From NCBI RefSeq assembly GCF_963921235.1, contig NC_086107.1:98520001-98584000 (forward strand): a stretch of DNA of 64,000 nucleotides, written 5' to 3'. Made by a program: the position numbers and the translations under genes. Shown here piece by piece: positions 12,201-24,200 of this stretch. The notes below the pieces were generated by a model. That model did not search any database, was not told the origin of the DNA, and was given only the letters and a program-made list of their open reading frames with translations. Within the stretch, counting starts at the first letter, position 1, and each line of letters begins with the position of its first letter. Source of the stretch: Mobula hypostoma. Its lineage: Eukaryota.

Positions 12201-15200
12201 GGAGAGTCAAGTGTATCTTCTGTGGAGTATAGGATGGTAAGAGGGAACATGATTGGTTTAAGGTGGCACTGGTGAAGCAGAGTGACGACTTGCTGGTAGC
12301 AAACACAACAATTAACTACCTCATTAACCACACTTCTTATTGGAAGCAATCACTACAATCAATAACCTGTAGCTTCCCTTCTGGTGTTGAGCTTTTGAAC
12401 CGCCTGAACAACCTGGCATTTTTGTGGTGTAAACTGGCGCCTTGAAGGTGCAGGATGGCTGTGGCATGGCAGGTACGGCTGAATCGAGCCAGCAGGGCGC
12501 AGGCCCGCGAGTGGGAACTGAGCACATGTTTGGCCATTGCTGGAGCGGATTTGGTGGTGAGTTGAAGCAGCGAGGCCCGGGCCCGAGATTGCAGGGCAAC
12601 CCATTGTTTGACGGATTTAAGCGCCAGGTCAGATTGGAAAGGCCGGGTACAGGCTGAGTTGAGCCAGCGGGGCACAGGCCTGAGAGTGTATCAAAGTGGG
12701 CCTGGTCAAAGTGCGAGGAACAACCTGCTACTTGGCCAGTTTAAGTGCTGAGTCAGATTGAAAAGGTCAGGTATAGATCATGTCGAGGCGGTGGGGCCCA
12801 GGCCCAAGACCACGTTGAAGTGGCAGGGCCTGCGTCTGAGAGCGGGCAGCGACTCGGTTTGACCAACTTTAGCACTAGGCCGGATTGAAAATATCAGGGT
12901 GGTAGGCCCGGAGGAGAGGGGTGGGCCAGTGCTCCACAAGGTTTACTTGTCCCTGCACTGAACGGAGACTATGTCCTGCAACTAAAGGGCTCCTGGATCG
13001 AATGCAGTTATGACTGGTTTTGTGGCTGTGGGCTCACTTTTGTGAACTTCAGTTCTGAATGTTATTAGCTTACTTTTATTGTTTGTGCAATATGTTTTTT
13101 CTGCACATTGGGTGTTCAACGGACTTTTTTTTAATGGGTTCTATTGGGTTTCTTTGTTTTGTGGCTGCCTGTAAGGAGACTAATCTCAAGGTTTTATATA
13201 GAATTTAGGTTTTATATAGTATACTAGAAAAAGTTTGTGAGAAGTTTAATAGAAAAACTTTGTAATTACCTGCTTTCTGCATTAATTATTCATAAAATGT
13301 GGCCTGATCTTCATCTAAGTCACAATAATAGACCAACACAATCTGCCTAAACTACTAACACAAACAATTAATTGTAGTTTTCATGTCTTTTTTAAACACA
13401 TTGTTTAATCATTCACAATTGGAATGAGGCTTTGGTGCTGGTGTGGAGTGCCCTTTTTCCTCCAAACATAGCACCTACAAAAAAGTTCAATTTTTGTCTC
13501 ATCTGTCCACAGAACATTGTCCCAGAAGCATTGTGGAACAACCAGGTGGTCTTTTGCAAACTTGAATTGCAACAATGTTCTTTTTTGGAGAACGGTGGGT
13601 TCCTCAGGAGCACCATTCTTGTTCAGTATTATCCTTATAGTGGACACATGGCAGAGACTTTAGCAAGTTCTAGTGATTTCTGCAGGTCTTTTGCTACTGC
13701 CCTTGGATTCTTTCTTACCTCCGTCAGCATTTCACATTGTGCTCTGGGTGTGATCTTTGCAGGACGCCCACTCTTAGGGAGAGTAGCAACAGCACTGAAT
13801 TTCCTCCATTTGGAGACAGTTTCTTTTACTGTAGACTGATGAACATTCAGGCCTTTAGAAATGCTTTTGTAGCCTTTAACAGCTCTATGCATCTCTACAA
13901 CTCTTCTTCTAAGGTCCTCTGAAAGTTGTTTTAATCGAGGTATGTTGCACATAAACAGATTTCTCTTGACAGGCTCTGACAGCAACCTGACTTTGTGTGT
14001 CTTTTTACAGGGCAGGGCACCTCTACAACCCATATCTCCAATCTCATCTCACTGGTTGGAACACTTGACTCCAAATAGCCTTTGTAGAAGACATTACCCC
14101 AGAGGTTCACATACTTTTTTGAACTTAGACTGTGATTGTTCAAAGGTGTACTCAGTATTGACAAGTACAATAGTTTGTGTGTTATTAGTTTAGGCAGATT
14201 GTGTTTGTCTATTATTGCAACTTAGCTGAAGATCAGACCACATTTGATTAACTAATGCAGCAAACCAGGTAATTGCAAAGGGTTCACAAACTTTTTTTGC
14301 AGCTGTACTTTGAATATAATGTACTCAGAACTTTTTTGTTTGTGATACATTGGGAAACCTCAGTGGGGCACTTGACTCTTAGCACAGATGACTCGAGTCT
14401 GCTTTCTCTCTCCTCCAGAGAAGATGAGTGCTTCCTTTATGGGGTCTTCAATGGATACGATGGGAGCCGAGTCTCAAAGTTTGTGACGCAGAGGCTGACA
14501 GCAGAGCTCTTGCTGGGGCAGCTGACCGAGAGTCACAATGACGCTAACGTACGCAAGGTGCTATTGCAGGTATTGTCGCCCAGATCTGAGTGTACTTCAC
14601 CGCATTGGGGCTTGCTGGAAGGTGCCAGACATTTGTGTTCACGTTACGTGGGGATAATGTCACAGAGGACTTCAGAAATATCCTGCTCAATGGGGAGACT
14701 AAAGATTTTGAAGAGCTTAGACTGATGAAGTAGGCACCCATGTGGCAAATGAAATTAAATGCTGAGACACATATGATGGTTCATTTGGGAAAAGCAGCAT
14801 TTTTAAAAGGTTGGAGGATCAGAGAAATATCAGTGAGCACATAAATTCTAGAGATTTTCAGGGCAAAATGAGACGTCTGTGGGATCCATTATTTTAAAGT
14901 AGAGGTATGAAGTACAAGCAGCATAGCTGTGCTGGACCTAAATAGGTCACTGATTAAGTCAACTTGATTTGGACATTACCCAGAAAGGATGTAAGTACCT
15001 TTGTTGAAGATGCAAAGGAAATCTCTGGCTATGGGTTACACTTCTATGGAAGCTGAGGGTCAGGGATTACTTAAAGCGAAGATGACGGACAGACAGCAAA
15101 TGTGGCTAGAGAGAGAGCTATCAACACAAGAAAATTTACTGCTGCTGGAAATCCAAAGCAACACACCCAAAGCGCTGGAGGAGCTCAGCAGGTCAGGCAG

Positions 15201-18200
15201 CATCTATGGAAAAGAGTAAACAGTTGGAGTTTCGGGCAGAGACCTTCTTTAGAGATAGTTGGTGTACTGGGGTTTAATTGTCCAAAATTCCCAAGACTCC
15301 TTAGCTTCCATTAGGTAGGAGAATTGTAAAAGCTTATTCAAAAAGGGAAGGAGATGAGAAATTAGAAGCAAAAGCTTAACATTCATTGTAGGATATACAT
15401 TAGAAGCTTATTAAAAAATTAAAAGCACTAAGAAAAATTCAAAGGTAGTCAGGGTTTTGTGAAAAAAAATCACATTTGACCAGCTTTTTAGTGGTCTTTG
15501 AGCACGTCATATGTGCTGTGCATAAAGGAGAATCAGTGGCTGTATGCTACTTGTCCAGACTTCATAACGCAAGCAAGACGTTACAGTGAGAGAGACACTG
15601 AACTGGCTCTGTCACCTCACCTTATTACTGGTGTTCCCTTTGTTCCACCCACTGTCCTCCCCTATCTTCTCTATTACTTAGACTAAGTAGCTTTATGCCT
15701 CAGTTCTGAGAAAGCGTCTTTGACTTGCAAAGTTTGCTGGCTTCTCTTTCCACATGCTGCTTGATTAGCTGAGTTCTTTAGTGTTTCTATTTTGTTTTCC
15801 AGCATCTGCAGTTTTACTTTATTTCCCTTTGTGTAACTGGGTCTTTTACAGCTTGGCAGTATGCAGCCAATAGTATGTCAGGGGTTGTTGGTGGGGCCAC
15901 ACCATTTTGCTGACTGTATAAATACCTTGCATGAAAGACAGTGAAGGTATGCTTCCTGAATTTGTTCATTTTACAGAAAGGTGGGTAGGATGGTGTGGGA
16001 GCAAGCTAAAAGGCCACACTAGAGTTGGTATTTGAAACAACAGGCAATTTCTTAAAAAGGACTGGATGCCAGGAGACCTGTCAAAGGCCACCCAAGCATG
16101 AATTTGATACAGCTTTTACATTCCCAGTTGACAAGGTCACCAGTAAAGCTATATTTTGATAACAGAATGGTGACTACCAGGAAGATTTGATTAAGTAACA
16201 GACTAGATCCCAATTACGAAATAAAATGATCATTCACAGGTCTAACCAAAAATCCAGTTTTCTGTTACAGCAATGGTTGCGTGCTGTAACACTGTTGAAG
16301 TTCCTGAAACTTTGGTGGTGTCAATGCAGCATTCCATGTCTCTGTTTCTGGGCTCTGTCTGTGGTTTGTCACCCAGTTGCACTCACTGACGTGCTTTGAG
16401 AGGTTGGCCATGGCCCCAGTCAACTTCTGCCTCAGCTGGGGCCTGGACCCGCTGCAACAGGTGGACAGCAGATGCAGTCTGAGTCCATTAAACTTTGGCT
16501 AATTGGGGCAGCCACTTAATTTAGCCAAAATGTACTGGTTCTAAAGTGTCCTAATTAACTGGAATTCACTGTCCATTTAATTCTAATTTACTGCTTTTAT
16601 TATGTATTACATTGTACTGCTGCTGCAAAACAAATTTCACAACTTTTGCCAGTGATTGATATTAAACCTGATTCTGATTCCCTGTCGCCACATTGGCACA
16701 ATCCACATTCCCACTTACTAGTTATTAGCCCTCGCTATTCTTTCCCCTACAACAGGTAGTAATAGACGGATTGTGAAGAGGAGGTTACGAAAGGTTAAGT
16801 GAATGGGCACAGATTTGATAATTGGAGCACAAGGTGAGAAATGTGAAATTATCCATGCTGGCGGGAGAAATGAAATAAAGGGTCTTATTATTTAAATGGT
16901 AAGAGACCGTGGAGCTCTATGATGCAGAGTGCAAGTGTTGGGAAAAGCTAACGAGATAGTGTAGGTAATTAGGAAAGCTGATAGCTTCTCATTTCTATTG
17001 CGAGAAAAGTTGAGCACAAAATTAGAGGTTTCGCTTCAGTGATGTCAGTGTATATTGCCGGTCTCCTTATGCGAAGGAGGATGTTAACGCATTGAAAGGG
17101 TTTCAAAGTACATTTATTATCTAAGTATGTATAGATTATACAACCTTGAGATTCGTCTGCGTACAGGCAGCTGAAAAGCAAGAAACCCAAAAGAACCCAG
17201 TTTAAAAAAAAGGAAGGCCAACACCTGATGTGCAAAGAAAGAGAAAAAAACACACATCATGCAAACAGTAAAAGGAAGCAACAACATTCCAAACTAAACT
17301 GAGTCCATAAGCCCGTATCCTGGAGCTGCCAGAGTAGGCCCAAAGCCTTGGTCTCAGTTTATCATATGGCGGTGCAAATCACCACAATGCTCGCAGGCAT
17401 GAAGCGTGTAGCAGCTGGAGCAGTCTTACAGCCTCAGCGCCATGGAGAGAGGAGTGAACGTCGCAGGAGAATGAATGGAATCGGCCGACCCTCACCTCCA
17501 TTCCCGCCGTCCTGCCTTTCCAGTGTATCTGGACTGGTGTTTAAATTATCTGAACACCAGATCGACCCCACATTGGAACCTGGGCCCCACTGCTGCGAAA
17601 CACTCTGGGCCTGGATCTTGTCACCCAGCCCAAAGCTGTTCTTGACCTTACCACGTCAGCTTGGCACTTGGATTGATCCAACCTTGCATCCGGTTCAGGT
17701 GGATGGATACCAAAGTTCCTTCGCCCTGACTTCTCTCCAAATTGCTCGCTCCAATTACATTGCTGGCTGCAAAACCATCTGGAACATGTTACGCTCTGAC
17801 TTTGCAATACCAGCGCAGCTCATCCTTCGAGTCAGCTTCACCTTCGCTCGCCTCTTCATTGTTTGCGGTGATGGTTTACCACAATTTACCTCAGAAAAGG
17901 TGTTTCTAGTCAATTTTTTTGCCTTTTGAACTACCTGTAAGCTGTCGCCCAATTTCAGCACTGCCATCTTAAACCAGAAGTTTCAGAACCTTCAGAGAAG
18001 GTTTGTTTAAATAAATGGATAAGTTTGGCTGAAATTTAGAAGAGTAAGAGGCAGCTTGGTTAAACCTAAGATCCGGAGGATGGAAGATGTGGTGAGAATG
18101 CCTCACCATTAAACAGGTCATTCATTTAAGAGCAGCGGGGGGGGGGTTGTCGAAGGTCACTGCAGGAAGACAGATTGTATAACTGAGGCTGCCATCAGGT

Positions 18201-21200
18201 CAACCATGATATAACGTAATGGCAGCACAGATTTGAGGAGCTGAGTCGCTTCCTCCTCGTCCACCAGGGGACACTGGTTTGAGGTGATCGACTGAGGATA
18301 CTGTCACTCTGGCAACAAAGATTTGCATAGTGAGTTTGTATAAACTGGAATGGATATCCTGAGGTGACAGTGGATGCAGTCGCTCATTTTCTTATGGAAT
18401 AGGGGAAAGAACAACTGTTCTACATAAATATAGAACAGTACAGCACAAGAGCAAGCCCTTTAATTCACGCTGTCTGTGTCAAACGCCATGCAAATTTAAA
18501 CCGAATCTCTTCTGCCTGATCCATATCCTTCCATCCCCTATATAGTCATGTGTCTAACAGCATCTTGCTGTCACATCTGCTTCCACGTCCACCCCTGGCA
18601 GTGCGTTCCAGGCTCACTCAGTGCGTTTAAAAAAAAGCGTGCCCCACACATTTCTAGTATTGGGCATATCTAGCATGGGTAAAAGATTTTGATCATGTAC
18701 TCTATCTGTGCTGCTTAATAATTTTATTAACTTCTACCAGGTCTCCCCTTAGCTTTTCTTCACGCCAAAGAAAGCATCCCAAGTTTGTCCAGACTTGTAG
18801 CTCATACCTCTATCCAGACAGCAGCCTAGTAAACCACATCTATACTCTCCAAAGTCTACGCCTCCTTCCTGTAACAGGGGGTGGAGGAGGGAGTAGAATT
18901 ACACACACGTAGGCAGCTCTTTCGTAGAACCAGGATGAATGAGTTGAGATAGATAACCTGTTCCAGCAACATCATTGTGGCTGTTCGGAGCTAATATATC
19001 CAATTTCAACGAGTGCTCCCAGGAAATGCGGGCCACTTTTACTGATATTAACCCATCCATTGATGAATTGGGCTGTATTTGTGTGTGGTATTTTCAGCCG
19101 ATTGGCGAACAGTTCACTTGGTTTCGATCAGCTGGAGGGTGTGAGCAGATGGCTGCACACATTGAGGGCTTTGTTCTCTTTTTCTCCACAGGCCTTCGAT
19201 GTGGTAGAACGCAGCTTCTTCGAATCAATAGATGATTCTCTGGCGGAAAAGGCCAACCTGCAGTCTCAGCTTCCTGAGGTAACAACCCACACCTGTAATT
19301 AATTATCCATGTATTCTCTAACAACTTCTATACTGGTGAGTCTTACTGCAAGTCCGTGTACATCATGTTTGTGTTTGTAGTTGAACCAGCACATTATGTG
19401 GTAGGTTTCCAGTGCTTGGCATTGAGGTGCCTTCCTGGCAAGTCCAACTCTTCAATCCAATCCAATAACTTTTTTATGAGCTACTGAGAGAGACCTAGAC
19501 TGTCATTGATTTTGTCTTTTGGAAGTAAAAGTGAGATCCTGTCTGCTTTCTCAAGTGGACAGTTGAGGTGAGGAGGGGGTGGACCTTTGGCACAGATGGA
19601 GGTGATGCAGTGGAACTGTCCAGGTATCCTGGAGATATGGATTTCTCCACCAGCATAGCTGGCGAGCAGATTATCTGCTTCTTGTTAGTGAGATCTTGCT
19701 GTGTATGAAAGGCTGCTGTGTTCCTTATAGAGGATTAGGAAGTGTTTCACTAGGGCAGTAAGTGACGTCCTGAGGCTGTGAAAGGAATTATTGATGCATT
19801 TCCTCATAGGAGAAGCACTGAACGGAGGACTTCCGGTAGCGCTCATGGAGTGAAGTCGCGTTCTTGACTCGCTCCATTACCTCTGAGTTTTTTTTCTCTA
19901 TGGTCAGCTATACTTTAATTAACCATTAAGGCATCAATTCTTACAATACTTTGAATTAAACTGAATTCTCCGACAATTGGATGGAACTTAGATCTGCTAT
20001 GTCTAAGAACGGGAAAAACGGCAAGGATGGTAAACCTCCGGTTAAACCGAAAGCTACGGATTTCCCCCCGACTGAATCACCGGTGACTTTGAAAGCGATA
20101 TCGGAGTTAATTCAGAGGGAAATTTCAACCTCTGTTAGGGAGATGATTCGTACGGAAATTGCAGGCTCTGTTAAAGACCTGATTCATACGGAAATCTCAA
20201 CTAATTTCCAGAAAATTGCCGATTCAATTGATAAGATGCAAACATGTATTGCGGAACATCAGTCGGCTATATCTGATCTTCAAAAATTCGTGCAACAAAG
20301 TGAGCTTAGGATGGGGAAAATCGAAGAAACAATTAATGTAATGAAGAAGAAACTTGACTTTTTGACTTTTAAAAACTCTGACTTGGAATCTAGAATGCGA
20401 CGGCAGAATTTACGAATGATCGGGGTGAGGGAAGCTGTGGAATCCAACAACCCCATGAAATATTTTTCTCAACTTTTAAAAGATGCATTCCCTACTGTAT
20501 TTCCTGACCAACCACCGCTTCTGGATCGTGTTCACAGAATCCCATCATACTCGTCTAGGTCAGATAGACCTAGGCATGTTATTTTACGTTTTCATTATTT
20601 TCAAGACAAGGAGAGACTGTTTCGATTCGCTCGATCTAAAGGTTTCATTGATTTTTCGGATCTTAAGTTCCGATTCGTGGAAGATTTCAGTAAACCAATC
20701 TGGGACCAACGGGTTCGTTACAGATCCGTGATGTCGGAATTCTATAAGATGGATTTAAGACCAGCGCTGCTGTACCCTGCACGTCTAAGGATTCGCATGT
20801 CAGATGGAGCCCTTCGTGTTTTTGATTCTCCATCGGATGCCCAGAGTTATCTGGATCAACTTTCATCTTCAACATCTTAATTGCCTTTTTTTAATTATCT
20901 CCGTTGATCGGAGGCTGTGAATTGGTTGGTTTTAACTTTTTCGTGCCCTATCTGGGCAGAAAAGTTTACTTTTGATTTCTTAATATGGTTGCTAAACTTT
21001 CTTTTTAACTGCGTCATTTCTTTCTTTTCCCAGGGGATTCTGGGTGGTTACTTCCCTTTTGTCATCTTACGTATTTCCTGTGTGGCCTTAAATTTTGTAG
21101 TTTTTTTAAATTTTATTCTGTTTTGCTTTTTATAACCACTTTATGTCAATAATCTTATTTTTTCTTGTTGCTGTGTCTATTCATGGGTTTGAGGTTTATT

Positions 21201-24200
21201 GTGGTTTTTTTTTAATATATATTTTCCGGCTTTTGTTCTGTTCTGTGTGTATTTTAATTGAGCTACCTTTTTTTTTACTTTTTTACTGTTTTACAATTAG
21301 CTGATCCTTTTCATATTTATACCTTTTTTTTTAGGGAGCGTATACCGGAAGTCATGGGGGTAGTTTTAGCGCTTGCTTCTTTCTGGCGGGTCTGCTTTAG
21401 ATTTTGCCTTGGGGTCTTGGGGTGGGGGGTGGTGGGAGGGGCTTCACGTTTTAGTTTGTTTCTCTTTGGGCTATATACATTATTGAAGTACTGGTTGCGT
21501 CCTTTTTCCCGTATCTTTTGTATGTTCTGTTTCCTCTCCGGGTTTGTGGGTCGCGCCTATCGTCAATCCTCCTTGTTGTGGGTTGACTTTAGGATTTATG
21601 GAGTCTATTATTAATTTTGTCTCCTGGAATACTAATGGTCTTAATCATCCTATTAAAAGGAAAAAAGTTTTTAAAGTGTTCCCGAGACTTAAAGCACAAA
21701 TTTTATTTTTACAAGAGACCCATGTACGGAGGGGGGACAGACTACGTTTTTTCAAATTCTGGAAGGGACAACAATTTCATTCGAACTCCAATGCTAAGAT
21801 TCGAGGCGTCTCTATTTTTATAGATTCCTCAGTTACTTTTATACAACAGGATATTATCTCTGATCCGAATGGTAGATTTTTATTGGTTAGTGGTTTACTA
21901 TTTAATAAAAAAGTAGTTTTGGTTAATGTTTATGCTCCTAATATGGATTGTCCGGAATTTTATAAATCATTGTTTGATCAGTTTCCGAATTTGAACGAGT
22001 TTTCATTGATCTGGGGCGGAGATCTTAATACCTGTTTGTCTCCAGCTTTGGACCGTTCGGCTCCTTTACGGACTTTACCTAATAAATCTGCAAATCTGAT
22101 TAATTTTTTCCTTTCTGATTCTGGGTCGACGGACATTTGGCGTTTTCTGCATCCTCAGGAAAAAGATTTTTCCTTCTTTTCACATGTTCATCATTCCTAT
22201 TCAAGAATTGATTATTTTTTCATTGATTCTCGTCTTATTCCTTCAGTGATTAAATGTGATTATGATTCTATAACCATTTCGGATCATGCTCCACTTAAGC
22301 TTTCTATTAAAATTATGGCCAATATACCAAATAATAGACAATGGCGTTTTAATTCGCTGTTGCTTCAGGACTCGGACTTTGTTAATTTTATGAATGAACA
22401 GATTGAGCTTTTTTTTACAATTAACCATACAGAAGATATTTCGGTTAACACTCTTTGGGACACTTTTAAAGCCTATATTTGGGGTCAGATTATTTCGTAT
22501 TCTGTTGCTTTGAGGAAGAAACAGAAGCAGGAGGAGATGGCAATTGTGGACAAGATTAAAGAAATTGATAAGAAATATGTTATGGCTCCTTCTGAGGAGT
22601 TATACAAACAAAGAACTGAACTTCAAATGGAACACAGTTTACTACTCTCGTCCTCGATTGTAAACCAATTAAAGAAAACAAGAAGTGACTTTTATGTTCA
22701 CAGTGACAAAATTGGCAAGCTGCTGGCTAATCAATTGAAATCTAATTATGTTAAATCTCAAATCAATCAGATTTATAACCAAAATGATCGATTGATACTG
22801 GATCATGTGGGGATTAATCAAACCTTTTGTGATTTTTATTCTTCTTTATATCAGTCAGAGTCTCCTCGAGATTCTAAATATATGAATGATTTTTTAGATA
22901 AGTTAGACTTCCCTCAGATTTCAAAGGATATGTCTTCTTTATTAGATACTTCCATTACAATGGATGAGATTAAGAATGTTATTTTTTCTATGAATCTGGG
23001 GAAAGCTCCTGGCCCTGATGGGTTTACCGTTGAATTTTATAAATGTTTTGCTTCTTTATTGATTCCTTGGCTCGGTAGGGTTTTTGAGGCTTCTTTGAAA
23101 CTTGGTAAACTTCCTGAATCTTTTAATAGAGCATCAATTTCTCTAATACTAAAGATGGATAAAGACCCTGCTCAATGTGCATCTTATAGACCAATATCTT
23201 TATTAAATGTTGATTCTAAAGTTTTTTTCTAAGTTATTAGCAAATAGACTAGAAAAAGTACTTCCTTCTATTATTTCGGAAGACCAAACGGGTTTTATTA
23301 AAGGTCGTTACTCTTTTTATAATATTCGTACATTGTTAAATATCGTTTATACTCCCTCACAAAATGTTCCTGAGTGTGTTATTTCTTTAGATGCCGAGAA
23401 AGCTTTTGATAGAGTAGAATGGCCTTATTTATTTAAGGTGCTTGAACTGTTCAATTTTAGCTTGAAATTTATATCCTGGATTAAACTGTTATATCACTCC
23501 CCTGTAGCCTCGGTTCGTACTAACTCTTTAAACTCACCTTTTTTTCCTCTCTTTCGTGGTACTCGACAAGGCTGTCCTCTTAGTCCCCTATTATTTGATA
23601 TTGCATTAGAACCTCTTGCAATTGCTATTCGAGAATCTTCAAATATTACTGGGATAACTCGGGGATTAAAGTCCCATAAATTATCACTCTATGCTGATGA
23701 TTTACTTTTATATATTTCTAATCCTGAGAGATCCATTCCTGCTGTTTTAGAGTTATTAGCACAATTTGGTCTTTTCTCAGGTTATAAATTAAATCTTAGT
23801 AAGAGTGAACTTTTTCCGATTAATAAACATCTTCCCTTATATTATAAATTTCCATTTAAATTGATTAATAATTACTTTTCATATCTTGGGATTAAAATTA
23901 CTTGTAAATACAAAGATTTATTTAAGACTAACTTTTTACCATTAATAGACCATATTACTCAACTTTCATCTAAATGGTTTCCCTTATATTTAACTTTGAT
24001 TGGTTGTATTAATGCGGTTAAGATGTTTTTTTTTGCCAAAATTTTTATATGTGTTTCAGGCATTACCAATTTTCGTTCCAAAATCTTTTTTTGATAAAGT
24101 TGACTCAATATTTTCTTCATTTATTTGGCAGAATAAGAATCCGAGACTGGGTAAAATACATTTACAGAAAGCTAAGAGAGATGGAGGTTTAGCATTACCT

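Noticed and set aside
17348..17929. 193-aa ORF
   Set aside because: Antisense to a non-autonomous repeat, with no recognisable homology.
20917..21614. Hydrophobic ORFs in the L1 spacer and 3' UTR (also 25411-25725) as extra L1 proteins
   Set aside because: Phe/Leu-rich because of T-richness, and frames and lengths differ between near-identical copies through homopolymer indels.
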